A stretch of DNA of 64,000 bases, from the NCBI GenBank assembly GCA_963806225.1, contig CAWDXG010000004.1, forward strand, positions 5,152,001 through 5,216,000, written 5' to 3'. The stretch is from an uncultured delta proteobacterium. GTDB taxonomy: Bacteria > Myxococcota_A > Polyangia > Polyangiales > Polyangiaceae. The position numbers and the translations under genes are program-made. Of this stretch, positions 11,349-22,334 are shown piece by piece (the stretch's first letter is position 1; each line of letters opens with the position of its first letter). Under the pieces are notes generated by a model. The model saw only the letters and a program-made list of their open reading frames with translations. It was not told the DNA's origin and ran no database searches.

Positions 11349-12770
11349 TCAGCCGATCGGCTCGTCGGCGCGCGCCAGCTCGCGGGCGCGCTGGAGTAGC
11401 GCCTCGCGCTCGTTCCGTGCGGGGTCGTCGGTCACTTCTTCCAGCAGGCTCTGCAGAATCCGACCCAGCAGGGGCCCGGGCTCGAGCCCGAGCTCGCCGA
11501 TCAGCTCACGACCGCCAATGGCCAGGTCGCGGACCGTGAGCGCGGCGCCCGCGGCGAGCGCTTGCTCGACGCGCTCGGCGAGCTCGGCGGAGCGCGCCAG
11601 GTCCGCTTCCGGGTCGCGTCCCTTGGCCAGGATGTCGGCGTGATTGAGCGCCATCAGATCCTCGATCAGGTCCGGCCCGACGCGCCGGATCCAGCGCCGC
11701 ACGGCCGCATCCGTCCAGGAAGGCTCGTAGCAGACGAGATGATGCCGAACGAGCGCCACGATGCGCTGCCGTTCCTCCGTCGAGAAACGCAATCTCGACA
11801 GGAGCGGGTCGCTCATTTCGGCTCCGATGCTTTCGTGGTCGTAGAAGGTGTAGTCGGCGCTGTCCTCGTTCCACTGCCTCGAGCGCGGCTTGCCTACGTC
11901 GTGCAAGAGGCCGGCGATGCGTAGCACCGGCGACGGCGGGCACCCGTCCATGCAGCGCATGGCGTGCGTCCAGACATCGTAGGCGTGATGGCGGTTCTGC
12001 TCGCAATCGACCGATTCCAGCAGCTCCGGGGCGGTGATGGTGAGCATGCCGTGCTGCCGCATGACATCGAAGGCGCGGCTCGGCGCACGGGCCTTCATGC
12101 TCTTGACCCATTCCTCGCGGATGCGTTCCGGGCTCACCTTGCGGTAGCTGTCGAGCGACGGTTCGATGGCCTGGGCCGTCGCGGGATCGATCGCGACCTC
12201 GAGCGTGGCGTGGAAGCGCGCCGCGCGGAGCACGCGCAGGCCGTCCTCGGCGAAACGCGCCGCGGCGTCGCCCACCGCGCGCAGCAGGTGTCGGACCAGG
12301 TCGCCCGCGCCGTCGAAGGGATCGATCAGGCGATCCTCGAGCGGATCGTAGGCGATGGCGTTGATGGTGAAATCGCGGCGCGCCAGATCGGCGACGATGT
12401 CGTCGACGAAATAGACTGAATCCGGGCGCCGGCCGTCCGAGTAGGTCGTCTCGCCGCGAAGCGTCGTCACCTCGTAGCCGTTGTCGCCGATCAGCACGGT
12501 GACCGTGCCGTGCTTGATGCCCGTCGGCACCACGCGCCGGAACAGATTCATGACCTGTTCCGGGTGGGCGTCCGTGGCGATGTCCCAGTCGTTGCGGGTC
12601 GACAGCACGTCCTGTCCGCTGGCCCTGGAGCGGATGTCCGCCAACAGCTCGTCGCGCACGCAGCCGCCCACGATCCACGAGCGGAAGCCCGAGTCGCGCA
12701 GACGCCGGCACAGGCCGCGGACATCGTCCGGCAGCATGGCGGCGAGCGTCGTGGTGTCGAGCTCCGTCAC
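11349..12770 (-). CDS. cca: tRNA nucleotidyltransferase (CCA-adding family) with HD domain
   Basis: VGGCVRD, DWDIAT, RRDFTINA, EDGLRVLRAARF and LLHDVGK motifs. Confidence 0.9.
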   Translation of the reverse strand: MTELDTTTLAAMLPDDVRGLCRRLRDSGFRSWIVGGCVRDELLADIRSRASGQDVLSTRNDWDIATDAHPEQVMNLFRRVVPTGIKHGTVTVLIGDNGYEVTTLRGETTYSDGRRPDSVYFVDDIVADLARRDFTINAIAYDPLEDRLIDPFDGAGDLVRHLLRAVGDAAARFAEDGLRVLRAARFHATLEVAIDPATAQAIEPSLDSYRKVSPERIREEWVKSMKARAPSRAFDVMRQHGMLTITAPELLESVDCEQNRHHAYDVWTHAMRCMDGCPPSPVLRIAGLLHDVGKPRSRQWNEDSADYTFYDHESIGAEMSDPLLSRLRFSTEERQRIVALVRHHLVCYEPSWTDAAVRRWIRRVGPDLIEDLMALNHADILAKGRDPEADLARSAELAERVEQALAAGAALTVRDLAIGGRELIGELGLEPGPLLGRILQSLLEEVTDDPARNEREALLQRARELARADEPIG

Positions 12771-12795
12771 GGGCCGAGGTCGGCAGTCGGCGGGA

Positions 12796-14499
12796 TCAGT
12801 TGCCCCAGGGGTTGACGATCTCGCCGCCGCCGATGGTCGGGGTCTTCTTGTGGTGGGTGGGGGCGGGTGCTGCCGTGTGCGTCGGTCGGGGAGCGGGGTG
12901 CGACAGGTGCACGCTCGGGATGCGTTTCAGCTTCACGGACGCCTTCGCTTTCGAACCGTCGAGCGTGATGGTGGTGGCATCGTATCCCTTGCGGCGCACG
13001 TCGAGGCTCACGCTCTCGCCCTCGGGGATCTTGACCAGCACCGGGCTCGTTCCGAGATCCGTGTCGCCGTTGAACACATGGGCGTCGAGCGGGTCCACCG
13101 CCAGGGCCACCTGCTTCTCGGCGGGCGCCGCCGGGGTGGCGGACGCGACCGGGTCCGGCACAGTGCTGTGCTGGTCCGCTTTGGGTGTCGCTTCCGGCTT
13201 GGCCGCGACGGCCGAGGGCTCCGATGCGGTGCTCTCCGCGCTGCTCGCGAAGATGCCCACCACGATAGCCACGGCGGCCACCACGCCCGCGATCCCGGCA
13301 TACAGCGGCCACCGCCCGCGGCTGCGCATGTCGGCCGGGGTCGCTGGGACCGGCGCGGGCATGGCCGCACCCTTCTTGAAGTAGTCGGCCGGGACGTTGA
13401 AGCCGCCCGAACGCGCCATCATCTCCGGGACGGCATCGGGCACCAGCCCGTCGCGCATCTTGTCGAGCTCCTCGATCACCTCGTCCATCGACTGGTAGCG
13501 CTGCTCCGGGCGCTTCGAGAGGCACTTCAGCACGATGGCCTCGAGCCCCGGCGGCACGTCCTGCGGCTGCGGCACGAGCGCGCGGATCGGAACCGGCGCC
13601 TTGTACATGTGCTGCGTCAGGATGCCCATGAAGTTGTCGGCATCGAACGGAACGCGACCGCTGGACAGCTCGTAGAGGATGACGCCGAAGGAGTAGATGT
13701 CGCCGCGGTGATCGATGGGCGCGCCCGCCGCCTGTTCGGGCGACATGTAGTGCGGCGTGCCGAACACGGCGCCGGCGCGCGTGAGCTTGCCCTCGCCGGT
13801 GGACACCTTGGCGATGCCGAAGTCGAGGACCTTCACGAAGTCCTTCTCGCCGCCGCGCGTGATCAGGTAGATGTTGTCCGGCTTGAGATCGCGGTGGACG
13901 ATGTCTGCCTGGTGCGCCGCGGAGAGGCCCTCGGCCAGCTGCCGGGCGATGTGAAGCATGCGCTGGATCGGGATCGGCTTGTCGTCGTCGATGACGTCCG
14001 TGAGCGGGATGCCCTCGAGGTATTCCATCACGAAGTACGTCGATCCGTCGGGCAGCTGTCCGAAGTCGCTGATGTCGATGATGTGCTGGTTGCCGATCGC
14101 GGAGGCTGCTCGCGCTTCGTTCAGGAAGCGCTCGGTGACCTCGTTGTCGCGCGCCATGTCGGCGCGCAGCACCTTCATCGCCACCTTCTTGTCGATGATC
14201 TTGTGGCGGCAGCGGTAGACGACGCCCATGCCGCCTTCGCCGAGCACCGCTTCCACCTTGTACCGCCCGTCGATGGTGCACCCGATGTACGGGTCCTTCG
14301 ACGGCGGCGGCGGGCGCATGCTCTCGGGGTCGGCTTCGGCCTCGATGTAGTCCGACACCTGCCCGTCCGGAATGGACATGCCGCCGGGCGAGACGGTGAC
14401 GATCTTGAGCCCGCTGGAGCGCTTCAGCTTCTGCATGGAGTCTGGCTCCGGGGCGGCTTCCGTCGGGGACGACCCCTTGTGCTGGTGCTGCTCGCTCAT
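12796..14499 (-). CDS. Membrane Ser/Thr protein kinase with C-terminal PEGA-like domain
   Basis: LGEGGMG, VAMK, HRDLKPDN, DFGIAK and GTPHYMSPEQ motifs; TM helix. Confidence 0.92.
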   Translation of the reverse strand: MSEQHQHKGSSPTEAAPEPDSMQKLKRSSGLKIVTVSPGGMSIPDGQVSDYIEAEADPESMRPPPPSKDPYIGCTIDGRYKVEAVLGEGGMGVVYRCRHKIIDKKVAMKVLRADMARDNEVTERFLNEARAASAIGNQHIIDISDFGQLPDGSTYFVMEYLEGIPLTDVIDDDKPIPIQRMLHIARQLAEGLSAAHQADIVHRDLKPDNIYLITRGGEKDFVKVLDFGIAKVSTGEGKLTRAGAVFGTPHYMSPEQAAGAPIDHRGDIYSFGVILYELSSGRVPFDADNFMGILTQHMYKAPVPIRALVPQPQDVPPGLEAIVLKCLSKRPEQRYQSMDEVIEELDKMRDGLVPDAVPEMMARSGGFNVPADYFKKGAAMPAPVPATPADMRSRGRWPLYAGIAGVVAAVAIVVGIFASSAESTASEPSAVAAKPEATPKADQHSTVPDPVASATPAAPAEKQVALAVDPLDAHVFNGDTDLGTSPVLVKIPEGESVSLDVRRKGYDATTITLDGSKAKASVKLKRIPSVHLSHPAPRPTHTAAPAPTHHKKTPTIGGGEIVNPWGN

Positions 14500-14806
14500 G
14501 GGGGAACCTGACAAATCTAGGCCGAACGGGGGGAGCGCTCCAGTTTTTCCGGGGCGGCGGCGGCCAGCACAGGCAAGGCTTGATACTGCGCATGGGTTCA
14601 ATGCCAGGCGTGGGGTCGGAGGGTGCCCGTCACAGTGCAAATGGCAGGCCGCCCCAGTTGCCCGGAAAAGTGCGGCATATCCCCAGGGCACCCTGGACAC
14701 GCGTGGACGCCAGTCCGCAATCGTTGCATAGCGTCCCGACACGAGGCCGGCGGCCGCTTGCGGCTGTCGCGCCGGTACTCCGGTCTGCTACACCCGCCCT
14801 GCCCCC

Positions 14807-16427
14807 ATGGGATTCTCCCTCGAGCTCGCTCTCCGCTACATGCGGTCGCGCAAGCGGGCCTTCGTGTCCGTCGGGACGATGTTCGCCATCATCGGCGTGT
14901 CGCTGGGGGTGGCGGCGCTCGCGACGGTGATGAGCGTGACGGGCGGGTTCCGCGAGGAGTTCCGCAACAAGGTGCTGGGGGTGAACGCCCACGTCCTGGT
15001 TCTGAAATACTCCAGCGATTTCCGCGGAATACCGGAAAATCATGAAGGAGATGAAAAAGGTGCCGGGCGTGATCGGCGTCGCGCCGTTCGTGATCAATCC
15101 GATGATGGTCACACACGGTGAGCACACGGCGACCGGTGTGCTGCTCAAGGGCATCGACCCGAAGCTGATGCCGAGCGTGCTCGATCTCCCGAAGCACATG
15201 GTCGAGGGCAGCTTGAAGGGACTTCGCCTGTCTGGTGCGAAGCCGCCAGGCCGCCGGCGCAGCGGAGTGCTCGACGACGACTTCGGCACCGGCTCCGACC
15301 TGCCCCCGCTGCCGCCGATCGGGAGCGCCGGCAAGCCGTCTCCGCTGATGCAGGCGATCCGGAAATCCGCCGGCGTGGAGCTGGATGCAGGGGCGGCGGC
15401 GTCGGATGCCGCTCCGGAAGTGCCGGACGCGGGCCTGGCGGCGCCCGACGAGCCTGACGCGACCGACGCGGGCGACGAGGCGGGCGCCGACGAGCTTCCG
15501 CCCGACGCGCCCCTCGGCGATGTCGTTCCCGATGGCGGCTATGCCAGCAAGCTGCCGGAAGACGATGCGCTGCCTCCGGACGTGAACCCGGACCCCTGCC
15601 AGAATCCGGTGGCGATCAAGCACCTGCCGGGCATCGTCATCGGCATCACGCTGGCGAAGAACCTCGAGGTCAAGATCGGGGACTGCGTGCAGGTGACCTC
15701 CCCGACCATCGGCTTCACGTATTCGCACGGGGCGATCCGCGCGCCTGTCGCCAAGGAATTCCGGGTTGTCGGCATCTTCGACGCCGGTTTCGACCAGTAC
15801 GACTCGAAGCTCGTCTACACCGACCTGTACCAGGCGCAGGCGTTCTACGACTCGGGCGACAGCGTCACCGGGGTCGAGATGAAGGTGAACGATATCGACA
15901 ACGCGCCTGCCATCGCGCGCGACATCGACCACCGGCTCTCCAACGGCATCTACCACACGATGACCTGGGAGGAGCTGAATCACGGGCTCTTCACGGCGCT
16001 CAGAATCCAGCAGATCCTGATGAGCCTGGTACTGGCGCTCATCATCATCGTGGCTGCGTTCACCGTGATCGCGACGCTGATCATGGTGGTGCTCGACAAG
16101 AAGAAGGAAATCGCCGTGCTCAAGGCGATGGGCGCGACCGACGGAGCGCTGCTCCGCGCCTTCCTCTACCAGGGCGCCATCATCGGGATCATCGGGACCG
16201 CCGTGGGTCTCGCGCTCGGTTTTTCCGTCTGCAAGGGCATCCTGGTCTACGGCTTCCCGCTCGACCCGAAGGTGTATTTCATCTCGCACCTGCCGGTGCA
16301 GGTGAAACCGCTGGAGTTCGTGCTGGTGGGGGCGTTCGCGATCATCGTGTGCCTGATCGCCACCGTATGGCCCGCGATGTACGCCTCGCGGCTCCGCCCG
16401 GCCGAAGCTTTCCGCGAGCAGCAGTAG
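14807..16427 (+). CDS. lolC: LolC/E-family lipoprotein-releasing ABC permease (frameshift near 15030)
   Basis: LALRYMRSRK, GVSLGVAAL..VMSV.GGF and KKKEIAVLKAMGA motifs; C-terminal RLRPAEAFR. Confidence 0.82.
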
Positions 16428-16711
16428 AATTTTCCAGTGCTGGCTGCGGCTCCGGCCAATCGGTTGACAGGGCCCGGCTTGCCGTCCGGTGACCGGAACA
16501 TGTCCATTGCCCGTTAGGAGGTTAACGGCTAGGGTCCGCGCCTCTTGGAGGTCGGCGCAGGCGCGCTGTTTACGACCTGGGATCCTGCGACGCAGCAGAT
16601 GGCCCAGGACTTGCTTTGCGCTCGACCGCTGGGATTTCTCTCGCCGCCGAGCGGCTTGAAGTCAGCGCCTCGGGACAGCCCCGACGCCATCCAGGGAAGA
16701 GGAGAGCGGTA

Positions 16712-19700
16712 ATGAACAGGTGGACTACTTGGCTCGTGCGCGGACTGGCACTTTCCGTGCTGGTACTTGCGGGTTGCGCCCAGGAGCGCGCGCCAATCAA
16801 TCGCGTGCAGCCGAACGCGTTGGACAAGTCGTTCTTCGTTGGAGCGAAGCTCAACGACGACTCGGACAATCCGGAATTCTACGCGAGAGCGTTCGTGATC
16901 GACGGGTCCGCCCAGCAGAGCGACATCAGCGTGGGCCTCTACTCGGGTACCGACCGCATCAAGTGGGAGATCACCGAGGACGCGCTGATTGCTCGTAAAT
17001 CCTATCAGATTGCCCAGGGACAGAACGACAAGGGCGTCCCCGGTGGCACGAAGGTGAACGGGACGATCGTCGCCAAGTACAAGATCCTCAGCCACTTCGA
17101 CATCAAGCGGGCCTACAACCCGCAGACCGGCGAACAGCTGAACATCGTCGAGGAAAACACCACCGACCGTCCCTGGCAGGAGCGCAAGTACATGCGCGTG
17201 GACTGGTCCACGAACGAGGTCGTCGACCCGATGTGGACCGAGATGTTCTTCGGCAAGATCTTCGGCAGCGAGACGGTCGAGCCGCTGACCTACACGGTGA
17301 ACGACCCGACCAGCGAAGACGCGCCGCACTTCGAGCAGAAGGACGGCTACTTCGACATCACCAACAAGTACTACATCTCGCCCGAGAAGACGGCGCTGTG
17401 GGGGATGCAGCTCCCGACCTGCGTGCTGATCGGTCTGTACACCGGCACCACCACCAACGACTGCAACGCGCAGGAAGCCACGGTCCGCCACAGCTTCTGG
17501 AAGGTCGACCCGAACCACGACTTCGAGCCGACCGAGAACACGAAGCGCAAGATGGACATCATCGCGAACTTCGGTGGCGCCGGTTCTAGCTTCGAGCCCG
17601 CGTTCCAGGGCGGGACCACGCAGTGCTGGGACCCGCAGTACGGCTACACGCAGGCGTGCTTCCACCAGTATCTGAACAAGCTCAACCTGTGGGAGCAGAG
17701 CCACCAGCGCATCGGCTCCTGCGAGGCTGACTCCGACTGCGTGGGCAAGGGCCTGCCCGACGGCTCGAAGTGCATGCCCAACCACACCTGCTCGGTGGCC
17801 TGCACCTCGGATGTCGACAAGAACGCCGACGGCACCGCCGACCAGTGCGCCAAGAGCCGCACCGGATACAAGGGCAGCGACGGCGCGCAGTGCGACACGA
17901 CGATGCACGAGTGCACGATCCCGGTGCGGGACCGCCAGCTCGCGGCCCAGGGCTACTGGCTGAACAAGGAGACGCCCGCCGAGCTGCTCGACCAGCTCGA
18001 CAAGACCGGCGCTCCCACCAGCGCGATGCTCGGCGCCGACGGCAAGCCGGCTGCCTCCGACGCGCCCTACAAGGTGCCGGAGTTCCGCGGCTCGATGGAA
18101 GATGTCATCAAGTCCTGGAACCAGCTGATCACCACGGCGATCGCCTACGGCCGCGAGGTCGAGTGCCGGCGCACCGGCGAGGACGGCACGGTCAAGGACC
18201 CCAAGAAGGCCCGCAGCGACTGTCACGCCAAGTACTTCGTGACCAACGGCGGCAACGACGTGACCCAGATGATCGCGTTCGGCGGCTGGGGCATCCCGAC
18301 GCCGAAGGTCCTCGATCAGGACGATCCGGCGGCTCTGGTGGCCTGCCACGCTCCCGTGCGTGACTACGACTTCCAGAAGGTCTGCGGCCAGGTCACGGCA
18401 AAGACGTGCGACCCCTCCAGCACCGCCAAGCAGTGCGCTGCCGGCTTGGGCTGCAACCCCGAGGGTCACTGCGCCGACGTTGCGCGCAACGGCGACCAGC
18501 GCAAGAACATGATCTTCTACTGGCCGTGGGATTCGGCTGCACACTACGGCGGCGTCGCCGGTCTGGGTGGTGATCCCGAGACGGGCGAAGAGCACGGCGT
18601 GACCGCCACCATCATGGGGCGTTCGGCCACGCGCGCTGCGGCCATCTATCGCGACTACCTGCAGACCGCGATGGGCGACTTCAGCGTCGACGACGTTACG
18701 GCGGGCGTGCCGCAGCACGTCTACAACAAGATCATGGCGAACGGCTATTCGCCGGACAGCGCCATGGCCCGCAAGGCCCGCGGCGCCACGGTCGCCTACT
18801 CGAACCCCGGCGACGGCAGCAGTGCCGGCGCGACTCCTGCGAGCGCTCCGCAGACGAGCAACAGCCCGAGCATCCCCGCGGGTGGGGTGACGGGAACGTC
18901 GCAGTCGGCGCAGCAGCTTTCGCAGCGCGACAACCTCATCCGGCTCGCCCAGGACCGCGCGAACAGCACCCTGAACGTCACGCTGCAGAACACCGCGCAG
19001 CTGAAGTGGGACGCTCTCGCCAGCCAGCTCCGCGGCACGCCGATCGAGGCGGATCTCGTCGACCCGCACTGGGCCATGGCGACGATCGGGGCCGATCCCC
19101 GGCAGGCGCTCACCAGCGAGGAGCTGGCCGACGCTTCCCCGCTCCGCAACCTGGACCCGGGCAAGCTCGCCCTGTGGCGCGCCAAGATCGCTGGCGTCCT
19201 GGCGGATCGGGGTATCTGCTACACGAACGACGTGACGCGCATCGGCAGCGTCAACTTCCAGGGACTGGCCCGCTACTACGAGGACAAGTTCCACGACATG
19301 GGCCTGGACACCGACGTGAAGACGAAGGACTCGACGGGCCTCTGGCTGGCGGGTCCGCGTGACCCCGCTCTGGTCAAGAAGCGCGGCGACTTCATGTACA
19401 AGGACATGTTCCACGGCATGGCCACCGGCATCGCGATCCACGAGGTCGGTCACACGCTGGGCATGCGTCACAATTTCGCGTCCAGCTACGACTCGCCGAA
19501 CTACATGCCGCAGTACTGGCAGCTCCGGACCGAAGAAGGCAAGGCCTCCAAGCTGTGCCAGGATTCGAGCGGCAATTGGGTATCGCGTGACCCGGCCAAG
19601 CCCGACACCTGCATGGGGCCGCGCTTCGCCGACCCGCAGTCGCTCGACGAGGAAGGCCTCGCGCCTCCCACCAACGGCCAGAGCAACGGTCGCCCGGGCG

Positions 19701-21424
19701 TGGGCTACTTCGGCAACTCGACGGTGATGGAGTACGAGCAGGACTACATGTCGCCCGGCATCGCGCCCTACGACTTCATGTACGTCAAGGCCGTGTACGC
19801 CAACATCCTCGAGACCTACGACATCGACAACGTCTCCAAGGGCGGCGTGGCCGAGAGCAACCAGGGCAACTTCGTGGCCAACCTCGCGGCGGACCGCGCC
19901 GAGTGGAGCCTGGAGAGCGACAACTTCGCCCACTACACGCACCTGGCCAACGACCTGCACGTCTTCCAGGAGAGCTACTGCCGTCCGGCGACGAAGGACG
20001 AGCTCAAGCAGGGCCAGTGGCGCATCGTCCACGGGAAGATCTGCACGCAGAGCCCGCGTGACCACTTCATGTGGAAGGACTTCTACGACGACGCCAACGA
20101 CGGACCGGCCCCGCCGACCACGCTGGCCCAGTTCGGCTGGACGTTCACCGACTGGCGCACGAATCCGAAGATGCCGCACGCCGACGGTCACGACCACGAG
20201 CGGTGGAGCTACCGCTACGGCGAGACCTACGGCACCGGCTACCTGCACACGAACTATCTGGACAACGGTGCTGACCCCTACGAGGTCACCATCAACAACA
20301 GCCAGATGTACGACATGACGTACCCGCGTACGTACTTCCGCTCGCAGTACAAGAACTACATGTTCAACAACATCCCGTCGCGGACGGCTGAGCGGTACTT
20401 CGAGCGTGCGCGTGCATTCCACTGGATTCTCGAAGGCAGCGGCAACATGGGCGAGGACACCCAGATCTACCAGCGCGCCGACCGCGAGACCTTCTACTTC
20501 CTGGCTCGCGCCGCGATGTCTCCGGAACCGGGACCGATGGTTGCCGGCACGGCGCTCGACGGTTCGACCATGTACGACGTGAGCAGCGGCGGCGGCGGCC
20601 TGTCGGTGCAGCCCTCGTTCGACATCGGCCTGATCGACGGCCGCTACGTCGGCGAGGACTACAGCGACTCCGATGGCGGCCAGTGGGACTACCTCCACTG
20701 GATCAACCACGCGGGCTTCGGCCTCGAGCGCGGCCTCGCTATCCGCTCGCTGCTGGATGGTCGTCCCACGCTGTACACCATCTCGCGCGAGACCTTCCTC
20801 GACGGTCGTAACGTCATGAAGAACTTCCGGACCGACGACGCGCTCGGCCTGGATCGCTACATCGGCGGCATCCTGTCCGAGGACTGGGCGAACGTTGCGC
20901 CCTGGGTCAAGGACAACGTGGGAACGGCGCCCGACGGCCTGCCCTACAGGTCGCCCCAGATGCTCAACCTGCTCGACCAGAACGTGACCCGCCCGGCGGG
21001 TGCGCAGGTGGTGTTCCCGAACATCGGGTACAAGACCGAGGTGCAGACCGTGGTGTGGGGCATGCTCTACGCGGCCATGGACTCGAACCTCACGCTGATG
21101 CGGAAGATGGCCATCTACATCAAGGGCATCGACGAGGTCGACGCGATCCCGGCGAACGAGTTGGTCTCGTTCACGGATCCGGATACCGGGCTCACCTACC
21201 TGGCCCGGAAGTTCGGCTCCGACACCATCAATGGCAACACGGTGGATTCGGGTATCGCCTCCCGCATGCTGCAGCACGCGAACATGCTCTTGACGAGCCC
21301 GTACGCGGCGGCCGACGGTTCCGACCTGCGCAAGTACGTCGGTCTGCTCGACACCGCGCATGAGGCCGAGCGGCTGCTCGCGCCCTACAGCGGCTGGAGA
21401 GCGATCGGCGTGGCATTCAACTAG
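16712..21424 (+). CDS. Large Cys-rich lipoprotein with metzincin-type zinc metalloprotease domain
   Basis: Lipobox LAGC; HEVGHTLGMRHNF zinc motif; STVMEY Met-turn-like motif. Confidence 0.82.
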   Translation: MNRWTTWLVRGLALSVLVLAGCAQERAPINRVQPNALDKSFFVGAKLNDDSDNPEFYARAFVIDGSAQQSDISVGLYSGTDRIKWEITEDALIARKSYQIAQGQNDKGVPGGTKVNGTIVAKYKILSHFDIKRAYNPQTGEQLNIVEENTTDRPWQERKYMRVDWSTNEVVDPMWTEMFFGKIFGSETVEPLTYTVNDPTSEDAPHFEQKDGYFDITNKYYISPEKTALWGMQLPTCVLIGLYTGTTTNDCNAQEATVRHSFWKVDPNHDFEPTENTKRKMDIIANFGGAGSSFEPAFQGGTTQCWDPQYGYTQACFHQYLNKLNLWEQSHQRIGSCEADSDCVGKGLPDGSKCMPNHTCSVACTSDVDKNADGTADQCAKSRTGYKGSDGAQCDTTMHECTIPVRDRQLAAQGYWLNKETPAELLDQLDKTGAPTSAMLGADGKPAASDAPYKVPEFRGSMEDVIKSWNQLITTAIAYGREVECRRTGEDGTVKDPKKARSDCHAKYFVTNGGNDVTQMIAFGGWGIPTPKVLDQDDPAALVACHAPVRDYDFQKVCGQVTAKTCDPSSTAKQCAAGLGCNPEGHCADVARNGDQRKNMIFYWPWDSAAHYGGVAGLGGDPETGEEHGVTATIMGRSATRAAAIYRDYLQTAMGDFSVDDVTAGVPQHVYNKIMANGYSPDSAMARKARGATVAYSNPGDGSSAGATPASAPQTSNSPSIPAGGVTGTSQSAQQLSQRDNLIRLAQDRANSTLNVTLQNTAQLKWDALASQLRGTPIEADLVDPHWAMATIGADPRQALTSEELADASPLRNLDPGKLALWRAKIAGVLADRGICYTNDVTRIGSVNFQGLARYYEDKFHDMGLDTDVKTKDSTGLWLAGPRDPALVKKRGDFMYKDMFHGMATGIAIHEVGHTLGMRHNFASSYDSPNYMPQYWQLRTEEGKASKLCQDSSGNWVSRDPAKPDTCMGPRFADPQSLDEEGLAPPTNGQSNGRPGVGYFGNSTVMEYEQDYMSPGIAPYDFMYVKAVYANILETYDIDNVSKGGVAESNQGNFVANLAADRAEWSLESDNFAHYTHLANDLHVFQESYCRPATKDELKQGQWRIVHGKICTQSPRDHFMWKDFYDDANDGPAPPTTLAQFGWTFTDWRTNPKMPHADGHDHERWSYRYGETYGTGYLHTNYLDNGADPYEVTINNSQMYDMTYPRTYFRSQYKNYMFNNIPSRTAERYFERARAFHWILEGSGNMGEDTQIYQRADRETFYFLARAAMSPEPGPMVAGTALDGSTMYDVSSGGGGLSVQPSFDIGLIDGRYVGEDYSDSDGGQWDYLHWINHAGFGLERGLAIRSLLDGRPTLYTISRETFLDGRNVMKNFRTDDALGLDRYIGGILSEDWANVAPWVKDNVGTAPDGLPYRSPQMLNLLDQNVTRPAGAQVVFPNIGYKTEVQTVVWGMLYAAMDSNLTLMRKMAIYIKGIDEVDAIPANELVSFTDPDTGLTYLARKFGSDTINGNTVDSGIASRMLQHANMLLTSPYAAADGSDLRKYVGLLDTAHEAERLLAPYSGWRAIGVAFN

Positions 21425-21437
21425 TCAGCCGATAGCC

Positions 21438-21480
21438 AAGCGAACGCCGGAGCGAGTTATCGCTCCGGCGTTTCGCTTTT
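21438..21480 (+). terminator. Rho-independent terminator
   Basis: AAGCGAACGCCGGAGCGA-GTTA-TCGCTCCGGCGTTTCGCTTTT hairpin right after the stop at 21424. Confidence 0.8.
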
Positions 21481-21548
21481 GTGCGCGCCAGGCAGCGGGC
21501 GCGGGCACCGCGGCCCCACCAAAGTGACGCCGCGGGCGCGGAGGCGCT

Positions 21549-22256
21549 CTAGCGCCGCGACGGCGGCGGCATCTGGGCGCGCCTGAGCAGCCCGTGGATG
21601 CGCGCCGCCAGCTCGCGCGCGCGAAACGGCTTGCTCACGAAGTCGTCCGCACCCGCCTCGAAGGCTTCGACGATGTCTTGACTCGAAGCGTGCGCCGTCA
21701 GGAACAGTACCGGCAGGCGCGCCCACGAGCGCTGCTTCTTCAGGCGCCGGCAGAATTCGACGCCGGTCATGCCGGGGAGGTTCCAGTCGAGGACCAGCAG
21801 GTCGGCGGACTGGCCCCGGAGATGGTCGAAGGCCTCCTCCGCGCTGGACACGGCAGATACGCTGAAGCCGTCGCCGTGCAGCATGCGGCTCACCACCCGC
21901 TGCAGATCCGGATCGTCATCCACGACCAGCACCCGCGCATCCGCGGGCGGCTGCACATTCGGCATCGACAACGGCATGCTCGGTGGCGGAGGCGAGGGCG
22001 GTCCTTCGGCGTTGGCGAACTGCCACAGCTGCTCCCAGTCGCGAGGTTTGAACGCGAGCCGGAGACCGTCGCCGCGGTCCGCGATACAGGCCGCGATGTC
22101 GATGCAGTCGTCGCCCACGCTGACGGTGCAGAGCACCCACTCGCCGTCCCTGAATCCCTCGCCCCAGGGAAGCTCGAGATCCTGCTCGTCGCCGCCCGCC
22201 TCCATCAGCAGCGAGAGCGCTCTGTAACTCTCGAAGGGGTAGACGATGCCGCGCAC
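21549..22256 (-). CDS. Response regulator with C-terminal receiver domain and unknown (possibly PilZ-like) N-terminal domain
   Basis: VLVVDDD, LLVLDWNLPG, FLTA and ADDFVSKPF motifs. Confidence 0.85.
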   Translation of the reverse strand: MRGIVYPFESYRALSLLMEAGGDEQDLELPWGEGFRDGEWVLCTVSVGDDCIDIAACIADRGDGLRLAFKPRDWEQLWQFANAEGPPSPPPPSMPLSMPNVQPPADARVLVVDDDPDLQRVVSRMLHGDGFSVSAVSSAEEAFDHLRGQSADLLVLDWNLPGMTGVEFCRRLKKQRSWARLPVLFLTAHASSQDIVEAFEAGADDFVSKPFRARELAARIHGLLRRAQMPPPSRR

Positions 22257-22334
22257 GCCGCCGGGAGGGTAGCGCGCGGACCCGGCGCTTTCCAGGCCAC
22301 CCGCCCCTGGACCCGCCAGCCAGCCGGAGACCGG

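Noticed and set aside
16529..21361. 1610-aa antisense ORF and many other long overlapping ORFs in the track
   Set aside because: Shadow ORFs caused by high GC3 codon bias on the opposite coding strand; they have no recognisable motifs.
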